Program-made: the position numbers and the translations under genes
Notes under the pieces: model-generated
The model's database searches: none
Told to the model about the DNA's origin: nothing
What the model saw: the letters and a program-made list of their open reading frames with translations, nothing else
DNA from: Macrostomum lignano
Taxonomy: Eukaryota
NCBI GenBank assembly: GCA_002269645.1
Contig: NIVC01000717.1
Location: 248,001-312,000, forward strand
DNA length: 64,000 nucleotides
Reading direction: 5' to 3'
Shown here: positions 1 to 14,799 of the stretch, in pieces
Layout: every line of letters begins with the position of its first letter
Numbering within the stretch: position 1 is the stretch's first letter

Positions 1-244
1 CAAAGGCGAACGCCAGGGCGAGCTGAACTCGACGCCTGAAGCTGCGAACGAACATCAGATAGACCCAGAAGTTGATGGCGTAGCTGATGTCCTGAAATCG
101 ATTAGTCGATTGATTCGTTTCTAGAGACGTTTTTTTCTGGTTCAAAATAACGATAGAAGTACCCCTAGCATGCTGCATGATAGCTGCGTACATTACAACT
201 TGCATACTTCCTTGCTGGGGTACGCTTCCTGAATTCTGGCCCGG

Positions 245-585
245 CAGAGCAGCTGAGTGATAAACGAGTCTGACGCTCTTGCGCCACGACCCAGCTGGTT
301 CGATTCCACATTTATTTGGGGCTTGAGCATTAAAAATGGCCTGGGGTTGTCGTTGCGATTGACATCCATGTCGGCCAACTCCCCATGAGCACAGAGTGCA
401 TATGCCTGACGATTAAAAAAGTCGGGACAGCTCATGCTCCCTGTGTGAGTGTGTGTATGAGTTCGTGTCTGTGTATGGTACTGCACCCACCGCTTGTACA
501 CAGGAGTGCTCATGTGCTCTGGAGTAAGCGAAATGACCTGAATTGCCTGAGCACTAGTTAAATGACAATGTCGCTGTAATGTAGA
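245..585 (+). mobile_element. Putative tRNA-derived SINE, copy 1 (inside the intron of the GPCR at 739-1689)
   Basis: It has a B-box-like GGTTCGATTCC at ~298-308 preceded by an A-box-like AGCTGAGTGA. It shares ordered blocks with ~51100-51380: tcgattccacat..atttggggct, agtg..atgcct.acgat, ctgtg(tg)agtgtgtg, tgacaatgtcgct. Boundaries are approximate. Confidence 0.5.
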
Positions 586-738
586 TCTATCTACCTGGTC
601 TATTATTTCTGTCATAGCTCAAAGGAGTGATGCAAGCAGTGCTCGAAGCCCACTGGACTAGTGACAAAAATAGAACTAGTACTCAAAAATCACGTCTTTT
701 TGGCTTTTCTAGCATGACAACATCGAGCGTATACGCAC

Positions 739-1689
739 CTTGACGGAGTCCAGCAGCTTGGCAGCCTGTTCAAGGACGTGACACCGGCAGCTCGGTCGAG
801 GCTCGCAGAGGCCGCAGCCCGTCCTCATCACGATCACTACGCAGAGCGGACTCGACAGCAGACAGAAGGTGATGGACACCGCCAGGTTGGCATAGTAACG
901 CGACATCGCCAAGTCTTTATCGTGTGAGCCGGGCAGCAGGTCGCGTCTCAAGCGTCTCACCTGAATAAGCTTGGCAACAATGGCTGCACTGAGTGCCGCT
1001 TGCAGTAGGCATGGAGCAACAAATATTCCGAATGCTTTAAAGTACAGGATGTACTTTGCTGCTGAGCTTGACTGTCCTCCATCGGTGCAGTTCAAAGCGA
1101 TTCGACAGCTAAACGACATGACATCCTCGTAGCCGGCGGTCTCCAGTCCATAGACCGCGATCACCGGGGACATGAGAATCAGGCCGAGGACTGCCACAGA
1201 GACTGCCGCAGCCACAGACTGAGTCACGTACCGGTGAGTCATCATTCGCATCGGCTGACTCACTGTCAGCAGTCGGTCAGCTGAGAATATCACTAGCAGG
1301 TAGGACGAGGCGAACAATGTCGAGTGTTGCATGTACTCGAGCAGTCGGCAACTCATCGGATGAGAGGCATCGAGCTTCAGCACCTCACTACCGTAAATGT
1401 GAGCCAAGCCTCTGCCAAGGAAGTCGTCGATGAAGCTGCTGAAGATAAGCACGCTGGAGTCCGATATCGCCAGAGCTACACACCAGATACCAAATCGGTT
1501 CCATCGCGACAGCCGAGCCTCCAGTGAGAAGATTGCAATTGTGAGAGCGTTCCCGAGAAGGCCCAGAATCACAATGGCAGGCGAACCAATTGCCCTGGTG
1601 GCACCGACTCCGTATCTTAGACGGTTCTCGAACTTGTCCGAACAGTTGTCCGGCCAGTGGTGCGAGAGCTCTCGGACGCCGTCAGGCAT
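739..1689 (-). CDS. Rhodopsin-class peptide (FMRFamide-receptor-like) GPCR, main exon with TM1-TM6; TM7 exon not located in the window
   Basis: The ORF track start at 1779 is GTG, so the first ATG is at 1689 (MPDG). TM1 is ILGLLGNALTIAIF, TM2 CVALAISDSSVL, TM3 YLLVIFSADRLLTV (DRY-like), TM6 FCLLSSPL. A phase-0 donor AAG|GTGCGT follows 739. No matching TM7 exon was found in 1-738. Confidence 0.8.
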
Positions 1690-3171
1690 GCTGCGAGGTT
1701 GCAAGCCTTTGGAGAGTGAAAGTTGGAGACAGTATTTCTGTAAAATACGTGCAATGGATTGTAACAAAACTTTTTTCACAGGAATACTTACAAAGATCCT
1801 GTTATCCCTTCTGTTTCAGTTAGGTTGTTCTCGTTAAACAGTATTTAAGTTGACGCAAACAAGAACGTTTTTTACTGCTGACCTAGAATTCGCCCCTTTG
1901 CCCGTTCTGACAAACTGTTTGCTTTCCTGTTGCATCGCATGGGGATGTGCCAGGGGTTTTTACCTATTATCTGGTTTGCTGGTGCCTGTACACCGAAGCA
2001 GTGCAGTGAAGGTAGCTCGGGTGGTGGCAGAGAGATACAGATAGAATGCTGCACAGAAAGGATCATTCGGTAAGGTTGTAGGATATTTTCGTCCCAGCTT
2101 ATACCCAACGCTGAACCGCTCGTTAAACCCTTGCAGAATGCATCTTGCTAACTTGACTGCAAGCTGGAAGGGGGGGTAAGGGATGACTGAAGGTAGACTA
2201 GGCTGGGTTCTGGCCTATCGACCAGAAGCTAAAACCCTATTGCTTCTTTCACGATCTTACCCTACATATGCTTACCCATAAATTCTACAGCTATAGGCCA
2301 TGCAGCTTTATAATAAATTGTATCATAGTGCTTCGGATCGAGCTAGACCACGATAATCAACGGTATTGGTGTTAGCACCAGGGTACCCAACAAGTTCGTG
2401 CAACCTGCGTAGAATGCTTAAAATTAAGAAGGGTAGTTTTTACGCGAAATGGAAAGATCCGATAGGAAGAAACGGTCAAAAAGTAGATAAGAGCTTGAAC
2501 AAGTGCGTCAAGGATAAAAGAAAGAGTCAAAGGCATTTGGAGAGCCAAGAAATGAAATTCAATAGAAGAATATACTTAAAACCAACATAAATTGGTTAAA
2601 CAACGCGCAAAAAGATCCCGACAATAATGTCACTGACATGGTCAGAAGTGACATTTAAAAAGGTCGATGTATATATGTACGAGTATATAGACAAAATTTC
2701 GTGAATTTGGATTAATTAATTAATGATTTTCGCGGCGACTCGCAGCCATGAAGGCCATGCAACCTTGCTTTTACATCTTGCTTTCTTGCTTTTACAAAAT
2801 TATTATTACTACGACAGATGGTGTGTTTATTGGAAATTATATATAATTTTCCAGTCTATGTCCGATTCTATGACAAGTGCATTTGCAACACGCCCGATTT
2901 GTTATAATGAGTTTAGTGCAAAAAAACTTGATAGCTACTTCTCATTTTTTAATGTCAAAAGAGTAGAACGTTTTGATCTAACGGGTTTTCAATTTAGTTT
3001 CAGGGTAAATTTCTGTAGTTTTCTTAGTTTGATTCCGAAAAATCCGAAGTAAAATTCTTTCATACAGACTACTCATAGTAGAGCATGTTGAAAAAAGTTA
3101 TACTTATGTTATTGCGGGGTTGAAAGATCTGGTGTTGCGGATGCACTGGACTATCGTAACAGCCAAATATA

Positions 3172-4538
3172 CTTCGGGTCTGTCTAAAATATGTAGGCAC
3201 ATGGGCTTGTGGGTTAGTGTAGCTGCAAAGAATATTGGTTTTTGCGAGCTATCTCAGCCAAGGAGCAAGCAAAGTCATCCATCCCATAGATTTCAATACG
3301 ACGAAGGAGGTGGTTTGAACCATAGACTATCACGTTTTTTCAACCAAACTCATCCAACGGGCGAGCAATCTCAGCCATAGCTTGTCTGCCCATTCATTTC
3401 CTCTTCCCTTCTTTCTTTCCTCCTCCTCCGATGGCTCAGTTGTGTTCTGATGTGCTGCTCTATCATAAAGTCTCTTATATACGAACCAATTAAATTTTTC
3501 GCTTAATAAACAAGCTATGGCTGAGATTGCTCGCCCGTTGGATGAGTTTGGTTGAAAAAACGTGATAGTCTATGGTTCAAACCACCTCCTTCGTCGTATT
3601 GAAATCTATGGGATGGATGACTTTGCTTGCTCCTTGGCTGAGATAGCTCGCAAAAACCAATACTTAGTGAAGCAATACCAGTGCATTTGAGACGTGCATA
3701 GGTTGTTTATGGCCCAAGCTATCGCAAGAATACGCCAAGCAGATTTAGCAAATGCAACGCGATGAAAACTCGCCTATGCAGCGAACAAAAATAACCATGA
3801 ATCTCGACAAGACGCCTGCACCAAGCAGATCCGCAAGGTGTTCAGCAGCCGGTGCTTGAATGACATCCTAAACTGCCTGGTTGATGAGGATGAAAGCTGG
3901 CTCCACCTAGATGGTAAGGGCAGCAAGGCAGACAATCGCTGCTGGCTGGGAGCTGGGGTCTGCTGCCGACCGTGACCACGAGGTCCGTCTCGGACAAGAA
4001 GACCATGCTGCTGGTGGCCTTTACGCCAAACAAAGATGTCTCATCGAGGGTCAAACGTCAAGTTCGATTGTCAGTAGTTTTTATCCGCTTTTGCCCGGCA
4101 CACTGGGGTCCTTTGGCGTACTCTTCGGTCAAATTCATGTCTCCTGAACGAGGTTCTGTGGCAGGTGGACACCGCACGGTCGCACACCTGTAAGCCTTTT
4201 TCGGATTTTCTACCTGCACGGCGAGTGAATCTGCTCTGACAGAGTCCCTACAGCCCGGACCTCAACTTGTGCGACAGACTTCTGTTCAAATGGCTAAAGG
4301 CTGACTTTTCCAAGAAGAGTTTCGCAAATCATGAAGAGGTCAAACAGGCCGCGTTGCACTGGTTATGGCTGTTGGATTAAAAACACCCGCAGGCTGAGGT
4401 GGACAAGCTGTATGAGCACTGCCAGAGAGTGATTGATATTGGGGGACTCTATATTGTTGAGTGGTACAGTTTTGTTCATCTGCGATTGCAAGTTCGTCTG
4501 TTTTCACATCAGTGACATTACTTTTGACACACCCGAAG
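3172..4538 (+). mobile_element. Degenerate Tc1/mariner DNA transposon
   Basis: Transposase remnants are LVDEDESWLH (~3877-3906, mariner IVTGDETWVH-like), SDKKTMLLVAF, and PYSPDLNLCDRLLFKWLK..EEVKQAALHWL (~4246-4365). Degenerate TIRs are cttcgggtctgtctaaaata at 3172 and the reverse complement cttcgggtgtgtcaaaagta ending at 4538. TA precedes the left TIR. The frames contain stops and shifts. Confidence 0.8.
3233..3662. mobile_element. MITE / foldback element with 153-bp inverted arms
   Basis: 3233-3385 is the reverse complement of 3510-3662 with no mismatch seen on reading. The spacer is 124 bp. The element begins and ends with TA, consistent with a Tc1/mariner-type TA target site. Confidence 0.85.
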
Positions 4539-5114
4539 CATTAGATTTTTGCGATGACAACTAAAAGCAGTTTTCCGGTTTCGAGTGTTTTTATACATGC
4601 TTATTTAAGCATTTTAAAAGTTTTCGTGTAATGTGTAGCTCGTACGCTCGACTTGTATTGCTTTTCTTCTAATATTTATTTGAAAAAAACAGTCTTTGTC
4701 GTTACCATGTTTACAGAAACACCTATTCGAATTCCCCAGTCCCCCCTGAAGGGCGGAATTTTTTTGCCTTTGTATTTTGCTTCCCATCGTCAACATCGGA
4801 GATGGGTTGATATCTCTGTGTCCCCCCCCCTGACGTTGTGGGTCGATGTTGGTGAAGGCGTTGCGCCAGCTATGTTGCCAAAAGCCATCATTCATCATTT
4901 TAATAAACTATATGCATAGCTTCTGATTCATCAGCTTTGTAATCTCAGCCCTCCCTCCCCCGCGTGGGCCTTGACATCTCAGCAATTTTCCCCATGATTC
5001 ACAGCGTTATCGAAACCCCCCGAGCCTTGAAATATTAAGCAATTCCCCAAATGGGGACACATGATTAAGCGCGCATGACATAAGCGCGCTTGCGCTATTT
5101 TTAACTGTTTTCAG

Positions 5115-5800
5115 TGACACAAGCGCGCATCTCAAATGAATGAGTCTGGCACAAGCGCGCATCTCAAATGAATGAGTCTGGCACAAGCGCGCATCTCAAA
5201 TGCATGAGTCTGGCACAAGCGCGCATCTCAAATGCATGAGTCTGGCACAAGCGCGCATCTCAAATGAATGAGTCTGGCACAAGCGCGCATCTCAAATGAA
5301 TGAGTCTGGCACAAGCGCGCATCTCAAATGAATGAGTCTGGCACAAGCGCGCATCTCAAATGAATGAGTCTGGCACAAGCGCGCATCTCAAATGCATGAG
5401 TCTGGCACAAGCGCGCATCTCAAATGCATGAGTCTGGCACAAGCGCGCATCTCAAATGAATGAGTCTGGCACAAGCGCGCATCTCAAATGAATGAGTCTG
5501 GCACAAGCGCGCATCTCAAATGCATGAGTCTGGCACAAGCGCGCATCTCAAATGAATGAGTCTGGCACAAGCGCGCATCTCAAATGCATGAGTCTGGCAC
5601 AAGCGCGCATCTCAAATGAATGAGTCTGGCACAAGCGCGCATCTCAAATGCATGAGTCTGGCACAAGCGCGCATCTCAAATGCATGAGTCTGGCACAAGC
5701 GCGCATCTCAAATGAATGAGTCTGGCACAAGCGCGCATCTCAAATGCATGAGTCTGGCACAAGCGCGCATCTCAAATGCATGAGTCTGGCACAAGCGCAC
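5115..5800. repeat. 32-bp tandem repeat, ~21 copies
   Basis: The unit is gcacaagcgcgcatctcaaatg(a/c)atgagtctg, with a single A/C variant site. Confidence 0.95.
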
Positions 5801-6514
5801 ATTCTAGACGCATCAATCTGAATGCTGCAGCCAGTGCCGGACTACCAGCTGCAGCCAGCGACAGACCATCAAAACCCGGCCCCAGACTTGCATAACATGT
5901 GGTTTTATTCTTAGCTACTAAACATTTCACCATTTTAAATAAAAAATTTCAGTATTTTAAATCTGAACATTTCAACTTTGTGAAAAATAAATATAGAGAA
6001 AATAAAGTTTCCTGACTTTGTGTCGGATAGTCGAAAAAATTCCACCGCGCTTATGTCTTAGCTTATGTCTATGGTAAAGTTACTGTGGTTTTTGCGCGCT
6101 TTTGTCTGTGCGCGCAATTGTTTCCCCACTTGCCAAAAAATACACGTGCGCGCTAATGTCATGCTTCAGCCCTCCCCCAATAAATCTTTTATTTTTGTTG
6201 ATTTCTTTATTTCATTTTTGAAATGGCGCTTCTTCGTTCTTGCTTCACAAGACGCTTCTTCTATGTTTTACATGACGTCTTTTTTGCTATACATTTGTTA
6301 TTATTTTATGTTTGACACGATGCTTTACTATTTTTGACATGACGATTGGCGCTTCTGATTTGTTATTTCTTTTGTTGAAGTTTCTTTACTTAAAAATGCT
6401 TATAATAACAATAATTATTATTATTTCCACTTCATTTGAACTGAAATTCAATCATACCGATAATCTGCAACAAACTACACCTTTTCACGTTCATTTTGAT
6501 CAAGGTCCAGCTTT

Positions 6515-6688
6515 TAAAAAAACTAGCCGAAAATTCAATTCAGACAATTCGGACTGGGGCAACGCTTACGCAAAATCAATAGAAACAAACCGAAGTTCAA
6601 AGCATTCTGCCACCGAAGCAAGGTTTGGCCATAGACAAAATTGTCCCCAGTCTGAATTGTCTGAATTGAATTTCCGCTAGTTTTTTTA
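6515..6688. mobile_element. Small MITE-like element with ~47-bp imperfect TIRs
   Basis: The arms are 6516-6562 (aaaaaaactagccgaaaattcaattcagacaattcggactggggcaa) and 6641-6687, its near-exact reverse complement. TA lies at both ends. Confidence 0.65.
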
Positions 6689-6719
6689 GAACTTTCTTTA
6701 GAACTTTTTTTAGAATTTT

Positions 6720-9136
6720 GCCGCCGTCAGCCGCCTCTCGCGAGACCTCCGCCGCCAGAACTTCCGCAGCAGCGTTTCGCGAGCCGGCGCTGACAGCCAT
6801 GGGAGCAGAGACTTTGAAAAGCCGTTCTCGCACCGCGAGCAGGACAGGGCTCTCCGCTCCCTCCCGGCCAGGAAGGCCCCAGGACCCGATGAGATCTGCG
6901 CCGAACACCTGCAGCACCTCGGCGCTGCCGGCCGCCGGGCGGTCCTGCAGCTGATCAACGCGTCCTGGACCCAGGGGGAGGTCCCCGCGGCGTGGCGCCG
7001 TGCCGATCCTCAAGAAGGGCAAGCCGCCCGACAAGATCGGCTCATACCGGCCGATTGCCCTCACCTCCACCCTGGCCAAGCTGGCCGAGCGTCTGGTTCA
7101 AGCGCGGCTCTACTGGTGGCCGAGTCCCGGCACCTGCTGCACACCGCCAAAGCCGGCTTCCGCAAGCGGCGCAGCACCGAGGACCAGATTGCCCGGCTCA
7201 CCCAGCTCATCAGTGACAGCCACCAGTCGGCCCCTGCCAGGTGGACGGTCGTCGTCCTGTTCAACTTCCGGCGGGCGTACGACACCGTCTGGAAGCAGGG
7301 CCTGCTGTACAAGCTGCACAACACCGGCATCCCAGCGGCCGGGGAATGCTGGCTCAGCAGCTTCCTGGCCGATCGCCGTGCTGCCGTCAGGGTGGACGGC
7401 GCGCTGAGCAGCTGGCGGCTTTTCCGCGAGTGCCTGCCACAGGGGAGTGTCCTTGCCCTCTGCTCTTTGCGCTGTACATCAACGCCTAACCACCTGCCGT
7501 CCGACTGCACGCCGTTCCTCTACGCCGACGACCTGGCCATCGCAGTGCAAGGCCTGACCGTGGAGGAGGCCGAGACGAAGGCGCAGGCTACGATCGACGC
7601 GGTCTCTGATTGGGCAAGCGAGTGGCGGATGGAGCTGGCGCCAAACAAGTGCGCCGCTTCCCTGTTCACCATCACCGCCGGAGAGGCCAGCCGCGAGCTG
7701 CGTCTGCGGCTGTCGAACGACGCTCCGCTCTCGACGGGCCGCCAGCCGCGCTTCCTCGACGTCATCCTGGACTGACTGCTCAGCTTCTCGGCGCACGCCG
7801 CCAACGTCGCCGGCCGCGCCCAGCGTTCTGGCGGCGCTGTCTGGCAGCAACTGGGGCGCCAAGCAGAGCGACGTGCGCCAGCTCTACACGGCCTACGTGC
7901 GGCCGGTACTGGAGTACGCTGCCAGCGCTTGGATGCCAACGGCCTGCAAGACGGCTATCAACCACCTGGACCGGGCCCAGCGCCTGGGCGCGCGCATCAT
8001 CACCGGGTGTCCGCGGAACACCAGGTCGGAGGTGCTGGAGCGCGAGGCTGGACTGCCGCCGATGGCACGCCGGCTTCCTCCACGAGCGCGCCCTCAGGCT
8101 GCCGCCCGACAACCCGCTGCGCGCCTGCGCGGCCAGCGTCGGCCCGCGCCGCCGTCTTCAAAGCGCCCGTGGCTGGCGCGAGACGGCGGCCAGCGTATGC
8201 AGCACTGCGGGCCTGGGCGGCCACCCGCGAGAGCCCTCCACGCTGTCCCGACGACACCTCCCTGGGCTGACCTGGGCTCCGTCACCTTCGGGCTGCAGTT
8301 GGCCTCCCCGACCTCGCGGGGGGACCTGCCGGAGGCCCGGAGAGCTGCGGCGGAGCAGACGCTCGCCGTACTGCCGCCCGCCGGCACCGTGGTCTGGACC
8401 GATGGAGCGGCGAAGGACGGCATACTGGACTGACTCATCTGCTCTGACTCACTGAGCGCGCTTACCGCACTCGCGTCCGGCCCCGGGTCGACGGGCGCCA
8501 CCATGATCGACGCCGTCTGGGCCAGCCTCGCCGACCTCGTGGCCTGGGGAACCTTGGTCCACCTGCAGTGGGTGCCTGGCCACGCGGGAATCCCCGGCAA
8601 CGAGGCCGTGGACGAGGTCGCCAAGCGAGGCTCCATGCTGGCGCAAGGCGCCGCGCCCGTCCCGTTGGCTGCCGCGTAGGCTGCCGTCCGCCGCCACTGC
8701 CTCGCCCGCTGGCACCAGACCTACAACGCGGCGGCCACCGAGGCGGCAAGCACGAGCTCGCTGGCCTGGCACCTTGCCTGCACGTCGGGCCGCCTGCCGC
8801 CTCCGTCGACGAGCGACCTCACGCGGCGGCAGGAGCGGCTGATTTGCCAGCTGCGCGCCGACCGCTGCCCGGCCCTGCGGGGCTTCCAAGCCGCCATCGG
8901 CGCGTTGACGTGGCCCCCACCTGCCGCTTCTGCGGCGATGGAGGAGACGGCGGCCCATCTTCTGATCTCCTGCCCCGCCCTGACTCCACACCGCTGCCGC
9001 CTCTGGGGGGAGCCCGGGGCAGTTTTCGAGAACTGCGTCGCCGTCGCGGTGCTGAACTTCATCGGGAAGGCGGGCGCTGTCTGACGCCCGGTGCCATGGG
9101 CTCTGGCCCGAGCGCGCCCGAATGGAAGAAGAAGAA
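6720..9136 (+). mobile_element. 5'-truncated, degenerate non-LTR retrotransposon (RT + RNase H + C-terminal Cys/His knuckle; I-group, Ingi/Nimb/Loa-like)
   Basis: RT motifs lie across shifted frames: KAPGPDEI, PILKKGKP..SYRPIALTS, AGFRKRRSTEDQI, FNFRRAYDTVW, LPQGSVL, LYADDL, RPVLEYA. RNase H motifs are VVWTDGA and LQWVPGHAGIPGNEAVDEVAK, followed by CRFCG..EETAAHLLISCP. A (GAA)4 tail lies at 9125-9136. There are multiple frameshifts and stops, and no TSD was found. Confidence 0.92.
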
Positions 9137-10184
9137 ATGCGCAATGGCAGTGTATGGTATGCGTCATTTTCTTTTGGAGGGAAGTGGGGGGCCACAGCAG
9201 ACCAAGAAAAGGTACTAGACTGCGCTTTGGACGAAAAAGCAGGACAAAAACTCGCATTGAAATCTGGCACCGCTCCCCCACCCCAAACTGCCGGAAGGTA
9301 TAGCTGTGGAAATTTACTCCAGATTCCGGGGTTGCTCGAGTTGAGTGAGCATACGTAACATGCAATGCATTATTTAAAGTTTTTACTGAAACGGACTCTT
9401 GGAAAAATTTTTGATAAGCATTGCGGGTTTGGTTTAAGGGGCAGCCTGCAAGGCAAACAGTCCAAGGCATTGTGGCGGAGAGTGTGCTTCGTGAGTCAGG
9501 CTTTCAGGCAGTCTGTCCCCCAGACCAGGGACCTCCTGGTCTAGTTGCTAGTTGCATGTTGCAGGTCTAGTTGCTGGCGTAGTTGCTGGGGACCGCGGTA
9601 AGTCTTTCTATTGTTCTGGCTTTATTTCTTAACTGAGGGGTAGGAAGGGAAGGGAAGCCTTTGATATCGATCAAAGAATTCTATGATCGATATCTAGAAT
9701 TCTATGTATCGATCGTGAGGGGGTAAGAGCTGGGATGCCATTTTTCCTACTTAGAAAGAGGCACACATTTCTTGCCCCCCATGCGCAGTCTAGTTATACT
9801 TACTGGTCTGTGGGTACAGGGTGTTTTTAAACTGCGGGTTGAGGTTTGTTGCATTGGCTGGGGTTGGTGCGTGTGGGGCTGGTGTGTTGGAGTTGGAGCA
9901 CAGACCATATAGAATAGTCCTGTCTCCGCTTGTGAACGTAAGCCTCTTATTTGCTGTTTTTTCTTTCCCACGCAGTCACTCGCAGAAGCTCCTGAGGCTC
10001 TCTAAATTCTCTTTCAGCTTTCTACTGTTACTCTCATAGTCCAAGTTTGAAGCTTGGTTTTGAAACTTTGCCAAGTTTGCTTTGTCTTACTTTAAAATAA
10101 ATTTTAACAAAGCACCATCAAACTTCCATAGCTAATTGTTCGTAATCCCGGTGCCTCCTCCAACGAGATTCGTTCTCGGGGAGC

Positions 10185-14223
<4,039 letters not shown>

Positions 14224-14369
14224 GAGCGTCTTTCGAAAGTCAAGCAAATAATTCAACGGCAATAAAATTGTCTATTCGCGTAAGTTGATTGCGAAACGAA
14301 AATGTACTAACACATTTTTAGCAATTTTTTTGTTTGTTAACTTTCTCTATTGGAACCTATAATTTTCCA

Positions 14370-14710
14370 GTTTATTTCTGATTTTGTGACAAATGCATCT
14401 GCAACACGTTCGATTTGCTACAGCAAAGTTTAGTGGCCAAAAAGCAATGTTTTTTCATTTGATAAATTACCAAAAAGTTAAAATCGGAACGAACCGGCCT
14501 TTCGGAAGTTTCATTCCGGAAAATCCATAGTAGGATTCTTTCATATAGATTACTGACAGTAGAGCTGAAAAAGTTATACTTATGTTATGGCCGGGTTGAA
14601 AGATCTGGTGCTGCAGATGCCCGGGGTAGGTGTGTTGCGACGGCAACTGCACATGAGAGCAGTTTTCCTGTTTTGAGTGTTTTTAACCTGCTTTCTTATA
14701 TGTGCCGTTT
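14370..14710. repeat. Interspersed repeat, copy 2 (uninterrupted homologue of 2850-3170/4540-4630)
   Basis: It has the same ordered blocks as copy 1, without the mariner insertion. Confidence 0.7.
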
Positions 14711-14799
14711 TAATTTTTCTTGTAATGTTTTTCTAATGTTTTTTCTCTCCATTATTAAAAAAATGTCTTTACCATGGTTTTCGTTGTTGCCATGTTTAC

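Larger units (their letters stand above)
2850..4630. repeat. Interspersed repeat, copy 1 (2850-3170 plus ~4540-4630), split by a mariner insertion
   Basis: It is colinear with 14370-14710: tgacaa.tgcat.tgcaacacg, aaagttatacttatgttat..gggttgaaagatctggtg.tgc.gatgc, and after the insertion gcagttttcc.gttt.gagtgttttta. Confidence 0.7.

Noticed and set aside
193-615. 140-aa ORF as the missing TM7 exon of the GPCR
   Set aside because: It has no hydrophobic TM7 or NxxxY-like motif, and it overlaps the putative SINE in antisense.
9100-9160. Target-site duplication for the large LINE
   Set aside because: The sequence after the (GAA)4 tail has no match upstream of ~6720.
6597-9470. Many overlapping Arg/Ala/Pro-rich ORFs on both strands
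   Set aside because: They are shadow frames of a GC-rich decayed LINE; only the RT/RNase H fragments are meaningful.
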